The position numbers and the translations under genes were made by a program. The notes beneath the pieces are model-generated. The model worked only from the letters and a program-made list of their open reading frames with translations, did not search any database and was not told the origin of the DNA. Positions 1 through 9,150 of a stretch of DNA of 32,000 nt are shown here, piece by piece; positions within the stretch are counted from its first letter, which is position 1; each line of letters opens with the position of its first letter. Origin of the DNA: Candidatus Woesearchaeota archaeon (lineage in GTDB: Archaea > Nanobdellota > Nanobdellia > SCGC-AAA011-G17 > GW2011-AR17); the NCBI GenBank assembly GCA_018302205.1, contig JAGVZZ010000021.1, positions 3,539 to 35,538 on the forward strand, given 5' to 3'.

Positions 1-441
1 TTAGAGGAATGTATAATTAAAGTTGATTCAATGTTAGATCCAAAATTAATTATTGCAAAATGTTGCCATCCATTACCTGGAGAGAAAATTATAGGTTTGA
101 TACGAGCAGCAAACAAAATTGCAATTCATAAATCTGATTGTAATATTATTAAAAAAACAATTTTAAGAAAACGTATTGGTGTACATTGGATTGAAGATAT
201 TGGTAATAAAATAAACTTAAAAGTTGATGCTGAGGATCGTTCTGGTCTTTTCACAGAATTATTGAACTGTATGATTGCATTTAGCATTCCAGTTAAACAA
301 GCTAAAGCAAAACCTATTAGTGATGAATATATTGAATGCACTTTTTCGATAGAAATTCAAAATTTAAAACATCTTCAAGAGCTTATCCAAAGATTAAAGA
401 AAATTCGAAGTGTAAGAAAAATATTTATTGAATTGATTTAA
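1..441 (+). CDS. RelA/SpoT-homologue (RSH)-type C-terminal regulatory region; 5' end lies outside the window
   Basis: The frame of ORF 31..441 stays open back to nt 1. 'CCHPLPGEKIIG..IAIHKSDC' fits the conserved Cys/His zinc-finger motif of long RSH proteins. 'KVDAEDRSGLFTELL...LQELIQRLKKIRSVRKI' fits their ACT/RRM-like terminal domain. Confidence 0.6.
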   Translation, partial: LEECIIKVDSMLDPKLIIAKCCHPLPGEKIIGLIRAANKIAIHKSDCNIIKKTILRKRIGVHWIEDIGNKINLKVDAEDRSGLFTELLNCMIAFSIPVKQAKAKPISDEYIECTFSIEIQNLKHLQELIQRLKKIRSVRKIFIELI

Positions 442-472
442 TTTTTTATAAATCATAACCTTTTTATACTTC

Positions 473-488
473 TACGTAATATTACGTA
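473..488. promoter_or_regulatory. perfect 16-bp palindrome tacgtaatattacgta, 2 nt upstream of the ATG at 491
   Basis: Read directly. It sits between a TATA-like tttttatac (461-469) and the start codon, which is an operator-like position. Confidence 0.35.
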
Positions 489-490
489 AT

Positions 491-1183
491 ATGTTAATAA
501 GTAAAATAAGTCGCGGATCTGTAATGGACCAAATATATCTCTCTAAAAACAGAAAAAGTTTGAAAGTAGGCAGTTATGTTACAATTCAAGAAATAAAATC
601 TCCTTCTATAATTAATCCATATTATCATAATGTCTCTTATATCGAACCTATAAAATATAATATTATTAAAAGTATTTTTGAATTCCTAGAAGCTGAAGAA
701 AATGTTCTTGTTACAGGTTCTTTTCTTGAAGAAGGATTCTCTTTTGAAGACTTGGATTTAATTGTATTTGGTAATGTATCAGGAATACAAGAATTTGTTA
801 AATCCAACTATGGAATAGATGTCCATATTATTGAAATTAATTCTAATGAATTTAATAAGGGCATAAATACTGATCCATTATTTCAAATGATTGCTAGTAA
901 ATTTATTGCAAAGAATAGAATAATTCTTAATATTAATAATCAAATAAATTATAAATTAATGGACTTAGCCTTAGTAAAAAGTGAATTAATTCTAACAAAT
1001 TATGAAATCTCATCAGGTCCAGAAAAATACAAACTTCTCAGAAATGCTTTTGCAATAAAAAGATTCATTGAAAACAAACAAGTTTCCAAAGAATTTATTG
1101 ACAAAGATATAGAAAATTATTTTTATAATGGATTTATAAATGATTTTCAAAAAAATATTATCTTGGGAAAGTCAGATGAATAA
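491..1183 (+). CDS. putative minimal nucleotidyltransferase-fold protein
   Basis: 230-aa ORF. 'VLVTGSFLEEGFSFEDLDLIVFG' resembles the GS..[DE]xD motif of Pol-beta-superfamily nucleotidyltransferases. The rest is unrecognised. Confidence 0.4.
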   Translation: MLISKISRGSVMDQIYLSKNRKSLKVGSYVTIQEIKSPSIINPYYHNVSYIEPIKYNIIKSIFEFLEAEENVLVTGSFLEEGFSFEDLDLIVFGNVSGIQEFVKSNYGIDVHIIEINSNEFNKGINTDPLFQMIASKFIAKNRIILNINNQINYKLMDLALVKSELILTNYEISSGPEKYKLLRNAFAIKRFIENKQVSKEFIDKDIENYFYNGFINDFQKNIILGKSDE

Positions 1184-1218
1184 AAGGTTCTATGAAGCTT
1201 TATTTAGTCAAATCTTAG

Positions 1219-1539
1219 ATGGTATCAAGAAACAAGAAGAGATTATTAAAGATAATCCTAGGAAATCTAAGTAATGCAATTCTTCATGAAATACTTGCGG
1301 AATCAACAATAGCAGAATTAAGAGAACATTATTTTAAAGAAGCTATTAATAGTTTTGAAGTAGCTATAAAATATAGACAAAAGTTAAGTTATAAATTTTC
1401 TATTTCTAATGATTTAAAATCTAAATTAATTCGCATTGTAAAAAGCAAACTCAGACAAAGAATTAAAAATGGCTATAATAATCTTAATCTCAATAAAGTT
1501 GAAATCTATGTAGAATCTCTTCTTAAAAAAATAAAATAA
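1219..1539 (+). CDS. hypothetical helical protein
   Basis: 106-aa ORF downstream of and co-oriented with the NTase-like gene. No recognisable motif. Confidence 0.3.
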   Translation: MVSRNKKRLLKIILGNLSNAILHEILAESTIAELREHYFKEAINSFEVAIKYRQKLSYKFSISNDLKSKLIRIVKSKLRQRIKNGYNNLNLNKVEIYVESLLKKIK

Positions 1540-1545
1540 AAAAAA

Positions 1546-2478
1546 TTAAGAAGCTAATGCTTCTTCTATAACTGTTTCAAAGTCAGCGTATGGTCTGGCT
1601 CCAACAATCTTTTCTCCATTGATGAAGAAAGCTGGTGTTCCAGTTACTCCATTCTCACTTCCAATTGCAGTATCTGATTCAACCTCGTCAGCCATTTCGC
1701 CATCATCTAAACAAGTATTGAATTCATTGGTATCCAATCCTAAATCAACTGCATACTGTTTCAAATCTTCAACAGATAATGCCTCTTGATTCTCGAATAA
1801 CATATTATGATATTCTTCAAACTTGCCTTGTGCGAAAGCACACTCTGAAGCTTCTGCTGCTTTTTGTGCATTTTCATGGAAACTCAATGGGAAGTTCATG
1901 AAAACTATTTTAACATCGTCTGGATAGTTTGCTAATACTTCTTTCATTGTTGTATATCCTTTTTCACAATATGGGCACTGGAAATCAGAGAACTCAATAA
2001 TTGTAACTTTTGCATTTTCATTCCCTATGAATGGTTGACCAGTTGTATCAATTTCATAAGTTTCTGTAGTATCAGTTGTTCCAGTAGTATCTGTTGCATC
2101 AATTGTTTCTCCATCTAATTGGATTACAGTTGGAAACATCAATTCTCCATCTTCAGAAAGATAAATTGTTGCATCTTGTGTTTCACCAGCGGTTGATGTT
2201 AATGTTACAGCCATAACATACATCTCATTGTTTTCAGTTACACTATCTAATTCTGCGGTTGCAAATCCACTCAAAACATCACTATTCAAGTAATCAATTG
2301 CATTATTAGCTTTTGCATTCTTTGTAATTCCAAAGTCTGGGACACCTTGTGCTACTAACATAATCAGCAACAAAACTGCTAAAATTAAACTAACCCAACC
2401 CCACATTCTAGAATTGGAATTTCTACTATGTTTTATATGCTCTTTGTGTTCTTCCAATAGAGCTCCTTTTTCGTCCAT
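1546..2478 (-). CDS. membrane-anchored DsbA-family thiol:disulfide oxidoreductase
   Basis: CPYC active site in 'IIEFSDFQCPYCEKG', a DsbA-like helical insert, and an N-terminal TM helix (WGWVSLILAVLLLIMLV). Start moved to the ATG at 2478, which has GGAGGT 7 nt upstream; the listed ORF extends to 2553. Confidence 0.75.
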   Translation of the reverse strand: MDEKGALLEEHKEHIKHSRNSNSRMWGWVSLILAVLLLIMLVAQGVPDFGITKNAKANNAIDYLNSDVLSGFATAELDSVTENNEMYVMAVTLTSTAGETQDATIYLSEDGELMFPTVIQLDGETIDATDTTGTTDTTETYEIDTTGQPFIGNENAKVTIIEFSDFQCPYCEKGYTTMKEVLANYPDDVKIVFMNFPLSFHENAQKAAEASECAFAQGKFEEYHNMLFENQEALSVEDLKQYAVDLGLDTNEFNTCLDDGEMADEVESDTAIGSENGVTGTPAFFINGEKIVGARPYADFETVIEEALAS

Positions 2479-2603
2479 TTTAATAACCTCCATTAATCTT
2501 TTGTTTTTATACAAATACCCTATATAAATATTATGTATATTCATAAAATACATTCTTTCTGCATATAAATCCTTATAAATCTTTTTTTAATAATAGCTCT
2601 GAT

Positions 2604-3281
2604 ATGGCTCTATTTGACAATATCTTTAAGAAAACACTATATTTTCCTGGTTGTACTGCTAAATTTATTACTAAAGATGTTCAAACCCGCCATGAAAAAC
2701 TTTTACAAAAATTTGGGATTAATTATGTAAAACTTCCCGAGCTTGAGGTTTGCTGTGGCAAACCGGCTTTAGATTATGGTTACAAAGCTGATTTTGAGAA
2801 ATTAATGAAATTAAACATTGAAAATTTTAGAGCCCAAGGAATAAAAAGGATTATTACCACTTGTCCTGTTTGTTATTCAATTTTCCAAAAATATTATTAT
2901 GAAGAATTTGAGATTGAACACATTACTCAAACAATCTTAAACAATATTAACAAGATTGAAAAGCGTTCTGATGAAAAGATAACTGTGTTTGATGCTTGTA
3001 ATTCTCAAAAACTCCCTGAATTATACAATAATCCTAGAGAAATATTATATAAATTAGGTTACAAACTACAAGAATTAGAATACAATAAAGAAAATTCTAT
3101 GTGCTGTGGTAAAAGTATAAAATTAGTTTCTCCTAAGGTTGCAAAGTCTATGGCAGAAGCAGTTTTAGATTCTGTAAAAACAAAGAGATTAGTAGTATTA
3201 ACTCCTGATTGTTTTACACACCTTTTAGAGAACAACAATAAAGGAATAAAGGTTGTTGAACTCTCGGAGGTATTAATATGA
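2604..3281 (+). CDS. CCG-domain (cysteine-rich) Fe-S oxidoreductase subunit, GlcF/HdrB C-terminal-like
   Basis: Two CCG-type cysteine motifs ('YFPGCTAKF..CCGKPA', 'TTCPVCY', 'CCGKS'). Its stop shares ATGA with the next gene. Confidence 0.7.
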   Translation: MALFDNIFKKTLYFPGCTAKFITKDVQTRHEKLLQKFGINYVKLPELEVCCGKPALDYGYKADFEKLMKLNIENFRAQGIKRIITTCPVCYSIFQKYYYEEFEIEHITQTILNNINKIEKRSDEKITVFDACNSQKLPELYNNPREILYKLGYKLQELEYNKENSMCCGKSIKLVSPKVAKSMAEAVLDSVKTKRLVVLTPDCFTHLLENNNKGIKVVELSEVLI

Positions 3282-4432
3282 TGAAGTTTAAGGAAGTTTT
3301 CCCTCCAAATGCATATTCCGAGGCTGCTGCAGATAAAATCACTTATGCCCGTGATGGTTCTGAGTTTGAAGGTTTAGTCAAAGCTGTTGTATATCCAACT
3401 ACTAAAGAACAAATTGCAAACATGATAATGCTTGGCAAGTCTGAAAAACTTCATTTTACTATTCGTGGTGCGGGTACAAATACCTTAGGTGCATGCGTTC
3501 CAGCAAATTCTGTTGTTGTTGATTTATCCCGGATGAATAAAATTTTAGAAATGACAACTAATTCTGTTACAGTCGAACCTGGTGTTATCTTGAGTAATTT
3601 ATTAAAAGAAATCCAAAAGAAAGGATTATTTTTCCCAATCAAACCTTTAGAATACAAAGTTTGTTCTGTGGGTGGTTTAGTTGCAATGAACTCTTTTGGT
3701 TTGGATATTCGTTATGGCCGTGTTGAAAACTGGATTGAAGAGTTAGAAGTTATTAATGGTAATAATCAAAAATTAAAAATCTCTGGTCCACAACTAAAAG
3801 ACTTTGTTGGTATGGAAGGCACAACTGGAATTATTTTCTCGATTAAATTTAAACTTCTACCCGCACCTTTACCTAAGACCGTTTCAATTTTCAAATTCAA
3901 TACAATCTCTGCATTAATGGAAAAATACGATTTTGTTTCAAAAAATAAGCATGTAACTTCCGTTTATTTCCTTGATGAGTTTTGTTCTAGTTTCTTAGAG
4001 CTAGGCAGTTCATTACTATTGATTGTAGAATATGATAACGATAATGGTGTTATTAAAAATGATGAAGAGATTGCTAAATTAGATGGATTCATGGAAAAGC
4101 TTCAACATTTAATTATCAACAAAAAATATGTTTCTAAAGAGGATCCATATATTCCTATAGAAAATATCCCCAAATTTATCCAATGGTTAAGAAAGAATGC
4201 TATTCCTTGTTATGGATATATGCACCTTGGTATTTTCCATCCTTGTTTTAGGGAATCTTCCCCATTGAACACAGAATTATACAATATAGTCAAAATTCTT
4301 AATGGTTCAGTCCCTGGAGAATATGGTATTGGAATAAAAAGAAAACAATTCTTTTCAAATCCAAAATTATCCCGAATAAAATCCAATCACGATCCTAGTA
4401 AAATATTCAACAGAGGTGTTTTAATTGATTAA
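3278..4432 (+). CDS. FAD-linked oxidase, GlcD / D-lactate dehydrogenase-like
   Basis: FAD_binding_4-type motif 'IRGAGTNTLGACVP' and a C-terminal 'EYGIGIKRK' oxidase motif. GGAGGT lies 7 nt upstream of the ATG. Confidence 0.75.
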   Translation: MMKFKEVFPPNAYSEAAADKITYARDGSEFEGLVKAVVYPTTKEQIANMIMLGKSEKLHFTIRGAGTNTLGACVPANSVVVDLSRMNKILEMTTNSVTVEPGVILSNLLKEIQKKGLFFPIKPLEYKVCSVGGLVAMNSFGLDIRYGRVENWIEELEVINGNNQKLKISGPQLKDFVGMEGTTGIIFSIKFKLLPAPLPKTVSIFKFNTISALMEKYDFVSKNKHVTSVYFLDEFCSSFLELGSSLLLIVEYDNDNGVIKNDEEIAKLDGFMEKLQHLIINKKYVSKEDPYIPIENIPKFIQWLRKNAIPCYGYMHLGIFHPCFRESSPLNTELYNIVKILNGSVPGEYGIGIKRKQFFSNPKLSRIKSNHDPSKIFNRGVLID

Positions 4433-4739
4433 ATGTAACGAATGCGGTCTTTGTAAAGAGTCATGCCCAGTTTATAGGGTTGTAAAAAAAGAAAGTGTTT
4501 CTCCAAGAGGTTTTGCAATCTTGGATAAAAAACAAAATTATGACAAAGTTTTATACTATTGTTCTCTATGTAATAATTGTAAAGTTTCTTGCCCATATGG
4601 TGTAGATTTAAAGTTAGAAGAATTAAGAGAGAAAGTCTTGGATCAAAATGGTGAAACTGAAGCCGTTAGTAAAATGATTGCTAATTTGAGGGAATTTGGG
4701 AACCCTTATGGGATGTCAGTTGGTATGAAAAAAGATTAA
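4425..4739 (+). CDS. 2x[4Fe-4S] ferredoxin-type subunit, GlcF N-terminal-like
   Basis: Two CxxCxxCxxxCP clusters ('CNECGLCKESCP', 'CSLCNNCKVSCP'). TTG start overlaps the glcD-like stop by 8 nt. Confidence 0.65.
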   Translation: MIKCNECGLCKESCPVYRVVKKESVSPRGFAILDKKQNYDKVLYYCSLCNNCKVSCPYGVDLKLEELREKVLDQNGETEAVSKMIANLREFGNPYGMSVGMKKD

Positions 4740-5668
4740 TCAAAATAAAATCTTTTTTTCAATTTATTCTGGCAGTGTTCACAATTTTCTAAATGTTTTT
4801 TAATTATTTTTTGAATTTCATTATTCTCAATATAACCTAATTTATAGTTATGTATTAATTCATAATCCATATCACATTTTCCTTCAGCTTCTATTCTTTC
4901 TTTAATAATTTCAAGAATAACTTTTTTTAATCGTGAATTATCCGTATAATCTCTTGGAACAATTACGTTCACAGAATTTCCTAAATTCTCAACAGCTTTT
5001 TTATATCCTTCATTATTATTTTGTTCAAATACTGCGATAGCAACTCCTCCTCTTTGTAAGATAAATCTAAACATATCTATGTCTGAAGCACCATCTCCGA
5101 ATACAAAGACATTTTTATAATTTATATAATATTCATTTAAGGATAAATCAGAATGCATTTTTTTTCCTTTGCAAATATTTTTTATATGTTCAACTTTTCT
5201 AAATTCTGAAACTATTCTTCCTATTTTGTTAATACCATTTTCATCTTCTTCAAATTTTCCTGATATTACTGAATTAACTTCAGGGTATATTTTAGTACCT
5301 TTGATTAATGAATCAACACCAACGGAAATTACATGATGTTCACATTCAAATCCTTGTTTTATTAATTCTTCTTTTATAATCGAGAAAAATTCTGGTAAAC
5401 CTTTTGCTAATTTTATTTGAGGTCCAAATTCTTTCTCTAATTTTTCATTAGTTAATCCATTAAATATTTCATTTGAATCTTGAAGCATTTGTTCCATCCA
5501 TTCTACACTCTTATCAAACTGTTTACATAATTTTAAGAAATACTGTATGGGCTCTGTAATTTTGTATTTTGCTTCTAGTTCTTTAGCATATTTTTTTAAT
5601 ATTGGAGTTTGCTGAAGTTCTTCACTCAGTGTTAAATCAAAATCATAAAAAAATCCTATTCTTTTCAT
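4736..5668 (-). CDS. HAD-superfamily hydrolase-like protein
   Basis: Motif I 'FYDFDLT' (DxDxT) at the N-terminus and motif IV 'VFGDGASDIDMF'. Large helical cap. Substrate unknown. Confidence 0.5.
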   Translation of the reverse strand: MKRIGFFYDFDLTLSEELQQTPILKKYAKELEAKYKITEPIQYFLKLCKQFDKSVEWMEQMLQDSNEIFNGLTNEKLEKEFGPQIKLAKGLPEFFSIIKEELIKQGFECEHHVISVGVDSLIKGTKIYPEVNSVISGKFEEDENGINKIGRIVSEFRKVEHIKNICKGKKMHSDLSLNEYYINYKNVFVFGDGASDIDMFRFILQRGGVAIAVFEQNNNEGYKKAVENLGNSVNVIVPRDYTDNSRLKKVILEIIKERIEAEGKCDMDYELIHNYKLGYIENNEIQKIIKKHLENCEHCQNKLKKRFYFD

Positions 5669-5704
5669 TCATTTAACAGACTACATTCTATTTAAATGAT
5701 TTTC

Positions 5705-5992
5705 TTAAAAGTTCAATTCAGCTATACAGTCATCTAATTCTTTAGGATAACTACTCCAAACAAAATATCTATTAACTTCAAATAATAATGATTCTCTTTC
5801 ATTATATATTTCTACAGAATTTAATTCCCATCTATCGTCTTGTCTTCTTCGCAATTCTTCACACCAAGCTTGCAATTCAATTCCTATTGTGATATCATTA
5901 ACATTATTAACTTCAATCAATCTTTCTACATAAACTGTTTTTACACACCCCATTAATATTAAAGGTAAATATTTCATTTCAGAACTTCTCAT
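5705..5992 (-). CDS. hypothetical protein
   Basis: 95-aa ORF, 34 nt downstream of the 207-aa ORF on the same strand. No recognisable motif. Confidence 0.3.
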   Translation of the reverse strand: MRSSEMKYLPLILMGCVKTVYVERLIEVNNVNDITIGIELQAWCEELRRRQDDRWELNSVEIYNERESLLFEVNRYFVWSSYPKELDDCIAELNF

Positions 5993-6026
5993 ATTTTTCT
6001 CATCCTTATGGTCTGTCTGTTGGTAT

Positions 6027-6650
6027 TTAATTATAATTCTCTGCTATTTTTAGAATTTTGCCCATATGCATCAATGAAGGCGTTAAATTATATTCATCAA
6101 AAACCCTTATTACCAAAAACCCTTTTTGATCTTCATCAACAATAAAATTCCCAACAGAACTAGCTAAACTCTCTGTAGAATGAGGTATTTCTCTTATTTT
6201 TCCATCGAGATAGTTAACTTTAACATTAAATCTTGTATATGCTACATCTCGTGGATTTGCATTCATTTCAGGGACTAAACAATATTCAAAACCTTCATCT
6301 GCTTTGATTCTTCTAAATCCCAATGGTTTTTTTTCATCCTTAACAAAACCACTCTTTATACCTCTCGCTATTCTTGTTGGTCTTGAAAGCTCAAATTCTA
6401 ATGGTAGTACAGGATTTGCGATTACCGTTAAATCATTGTTTTCTGCAAAATCTGAAAATAGTCTATGCAATGCTTCTTCTTGCAAATGAACTATTATTAA
6501 TCTTTGTAATTCATTATCCCGTAAACTTTGACCTTGACCGTCTCTAATAATATCTGCTAATTTATATCTATCAAATAAAACTTTAACCTGTCTTATAAAC
6601 ACTATATCATTAGTCCCAGCATATAGATCATTAACCATCATTTTTTGCAA
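6027..6650 (-). CDS. hypothetical protein
   Basis: 207-aa ORF. The listed start is TTG; the first in-frame ATG is at 6641. No family recognised. Confidence 0.35.
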   Translation of the reverse strand: MQKMMVNDLYAGTNDIVFIRQVKVLFDRYKLADIIRDGQGQSLRDNELQRLIIVHLQEEALHRLFSDFAENNDLTVIANPVLPLEFELSRPTRIARGIKSGFVKDEKKPLGFRRIKADEGFEYCLVPEMNANPRDVAYTRFNVKVNYLDGKIREIPHSTESLASSVGNFIVDEDQKGFLVIRVFDEYNLTPSLMHMGKILKIAENYN

Positions 6651-6673
6651 AAATAATGACTATATAAGTCTTC

Positions 6674-7261
6674 TCATTTCAAAACTTCTCCAGTTTTTCT
6701 GGACCAAAGAACGAAATCTAATTCATCCATATTTATTTCAATCTTTGCAGAAAACTTCTTCATTTTATTCTCAATTTCTAAATATTTTTTTCGATTTAAT
6801 CCAAATGGTTTTTCTTTTATTACTTTAAACTCAACTAATGAATTCAAAATATGTTTATCAAGAATAGCATAACCGGAATATCCAATATTCCTTAAAAAAT
6901 GTGAAGCTTCTTTATACCCGATTCCTTTAAAATTCTCAACTAAATAATCTCTATCATATTTAATATCAATTTTTTGTGCATGATAAATAAAGTTCGCACG
7001 TCGATTATAAAACCTACATGATAATGAATGCAATTTTTCTTTTATTTGTTCTTCACTTCCATAAAATATTACATCTCCAACATTTTCCATAACTCTTGAA
7101 GCCATCCTTGAAGAAGTGTTCGCAGCTAATATACAAAAACATAATTCTCTAAAAATTTCTTTTTTGTTTTTTGGCTGTTTGAACTCTTTTAATCTAGAAT
7201 GAATTGTATTTTTAATTTTTTCGTAATGATCCCATAATTCTTTAGTCATTTTATTGTACAA
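6674..7261 (-). CDS. ogg: N-glycosylase/DNA lyase, archaeal Ogg (HhH-GPD) type
   Basis: 'CFCILAANTSS' helix and the HhH motif 'FKGIGYKEASHFLRNIGY..AILDKHI' are typical of Ogg2-type 8-oxoguanine glycosylases. Overlaps the aIF2-gamma 3' end by 16 nt. Confidence 0.7.
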   Translation of the reverse strand: MYNKMTKELWDHYEKIKNTIHSRLKEFKQPKNKKEIFRELCFCILAANTSSRMASRVMENVGDVIFYGSEEQIKEKLHSLSCRFYNRRANFIYHAQKIDIKYDRDYLVENFKGIGYKEASHFLRNIGYSGYAILDKHILNSLVEFKVIKEKPFGLNRKKYLEIENKMKKFSAKIEINMDELDFVLWSRKTGEVLK

Positions 7262-8517
7262 TAACCAATTAATCTAAATCTATGTCCTACTAATCTAGAA
7301 ATTGTAACTTTGTCTGTTTTAGAAGCACAAACAGGAATCTTCAGTTTCACAGTAAAAGCATTCTTAGAGAGTTCTGTAACTATCCCTACAGTCGTTGCAG
7401 AATTTACATTCAACATCAAATTTTCCGCTTTTTTAATCGGATCAACATTCAATTCTTTTTCAGTTCCTACTACTCTTTGTAATAGGTGTGGTACTAATTG
7501 CATTTCATAATAAACTTCAGGCATTTTTTCACTGAACCCAACAATATTCCCAGTTAATGAATCTGATTTTACTAATGCCGGATCTAACTTGGTTAGTAAA
7601 GCAATAGACGCACCGGGTTGTGCATTTTCAAGATTTGTTTCACCACTTCTAATACTTACAATTTCAGTTACAATTGGTGTCCAGAAAACTTTTCCTTCTC
7701 TTTCTTGTTTTCTTCCCGGTCTAATCTCAATCTTATCCCCTGCTTTAACAACTCCTTGTTTTAGAGCTCCGCCTAATACTCCTCCAAGGATTTTATTATA
7801 TTCTACTCCCGGTTTATTAATATCAAAACTTCTTGCAATGAACATTATTGGTTCTTTATTCAAATCTCTAACTGGAGTTTTGAAAGTCTCTTCAATGGTT
7901 TGTATTAAATAATCAATATTAACATTATTTTTTGCAGAGATTGGGATGATTGGCGCATTTTCAGCAATGGTTCCTTTAACAAAATCTTTAATTTGTTTAT
8001 AGTTATCTACTGCTTCTTCTTCACTTACTAAATCTATTTTATTTTGAACTATGATAATATTTTTTATTCCACACATTTCTAATGCCATCAAATGCTCTTT
8101 AGTTTGTGGCTGTGGACATTTTTCATCAGCTGCAACTAACAATAAAGCTGCATCAACAATTGCGCTTCCTGAAAGCATGGTTGCCATCAAAGTTTCGTGC
8201 CCAGGCGCATCAACAAAAGAAACTGATCTAGTTTTTTTTGCTTTTCCACCACATTCACATTTCTCTGAAGCCCCATATTTCTTACATTTGTCACAATAGT
8301 AAAAGGTAGTATTTGCATAACCTAACCTGATTGTAATCCCTCTTTTAATCTCTTCAGAATGTGTATCTGTCCATTTTCCTGAGAATCTTTGAGTGATTGT
8401 AGTCTTCCCATGATCAACATGCCCAACTAAAGCTATACTAATGACAGGCTGCTTTAATTCAGAACTTTCGACAACTTTTGTTTCTTCCTTTTTAGTTTCT
8501 TTTTTAGCTCTAGGCAT
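7246..8517 (-). CDS. eif2g: translation initiation factor aIF2 gamma subunit
   Basis: G1 'GHVDHGKTT', G3 'DAPGHE', G4 'NKID', the zinc-knuckle insert 'CDKCKKYGASEKCECGG', and domains II/III throughout. Confidence 0.95.
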   Translation of the reverse strand: MPRAKKETKKEETKVVESSELKQPVISIALVGHVDHGKTTITQRFSGKWTDTHSEEIKRGITIRLGYANTTFYYCDKCKKYGASEKCECGGKAKKTRSVSFVDAPGHETLMATMLSGSAIVDAALLLVAADEKCPQPQTKEHLMALEMCGIKNIIIVQNKIDLVSEEEAVDNYKQIKDFVKGTIAENAPIIPISAKNNVNIDYLIQTIEETFKTPVRDLNKEPIMFIARSFDINKPGVEYNKILGGVLGGALKQGVVKAGDKIEIRPGRKQEREGKVFWTPIVTEIVSIRSGETNLENAQPGASIALLTKLDPALVKSDSLTGNIVGFSEKMPEVYYEMQLVPHLLQRVVGTEKELNVDPIKKAENLMLNVNSATTVGIVTELSKNAFTVKLKIPVCASKTDKVTISRLVGHRFRLIGYCTIK

Positions 8518-8558
8518 ATAAATTCAAAAATTTCTTTGATTTATAAAGGTATCCTGAA

Positions 8559-8798
8559 TTATTTAATATGTTCAATTCTTTTTTCAAAATGCCCATATCT
8601 AACATACCCATAAAAAAACATAATTGCCCCAAATACAATAAATATAATCCCAGAGATTAATGAAACATCTGACGGAAACAATTTGATTAATGCTAATCCT
8701 GTCACAAAAAAAGTTAATCCCGTTCGGATATATGCTAGCAAAGTCCTCTCATTCGCAAGAACAGTCATATAAACTTGTGAGGAATATTTTTGTTTCAT
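8559..8798 (-). CDS. DUF202/YidH-like small membrane protein
   Basis: 'LANERTLLAYIRTGL' signature followed by two further TM helices. Confidence 0.55.
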   Translation of the reverse strand: MKQKYSSQVYMTVLANERTLLAYIRTGLTFFVTGLALIKLFPSDVSLISGIIFIVFGAIMFFYGYVRYGHFEKRIEHIK

Positions 8799-8831
8799 CT
8801 ATCTAATCTAAGGTATAATTAATTTAAAAAC

Positions 8832-9119
8832 TTATTTCTTCTGTTTACCATTAACGTAGATATGATCTCCTCTTTCTTCAATTTCAATTTCTTCAAGATC
8901 ATTAATTACAATATCATTTCCTGGTAGCAAGTAATTAACATCTAATCCATTAATTACAACTTTATGAATCTTAGAATATTCAACAACATCCTTTGGTCCT
9001 TCAATACTCAAATGGGGATTATTTTCATCAAAGAAACTGATAAAGCAAGGCCTGTGGGAGAAATCATCCTCATAACTTTTTTTTCTTGCTATCAATACGC
9101 TTTTGGTTTTATACTTCAT
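8832..9119 (-). CDS. hypothetical protein
   Basis: 95-aa ORF between S6e and aIF2-gamma on the same strand. No motif recognised. Confidence 0.35.
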   Translation of the reverse strand: MKYKTKSVLIARKKSYEDDFSHRPCFISFFDENNPHLSIEGPKDVVEYSKIHKVVINGLDVNYLLPGNDIVINDLEEIEIEERGDHIYVNGKQKK

Positions 9120-9150
9120 TGAACCTTTACCCTCTTTAAGGACAATGTTA

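Noticed and set aside
1176-1274. Possible frameshifted gene: the ATG at 1176 overlaps the stop of 491..1183 (ATGAATAA) and gives 32 codons before a stop, overlapping the 1219 ORF in another frame. This suggests a single HEPN-like partner gene split by a frameshift.
   Set aside because: I could not find an Rx4-6H HEPN motif or any other conserved signature in either frame, so a frameshift cannot be supported from sequence alone.
1546-2553. N-terminal 25-codon extension of the DsbA-like ORF (MYFMNIHNIYIGYLYKNKRLMEVIK)
   Set aside because: The extension runs through AT-rich promoter-like sequence. The internal ATG at 2478 has a well-spaced GGAGGT.
7310-8299. Plus-strand ORFs 7310..7510, 7589..7912 and 8051..8299
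   Set aside because: They lie entirely antisense within the strongly supported aIF2-gamma gene. Their Ser/Pro/Leu-rich low-complexity translations are typical of shadow ORFs.
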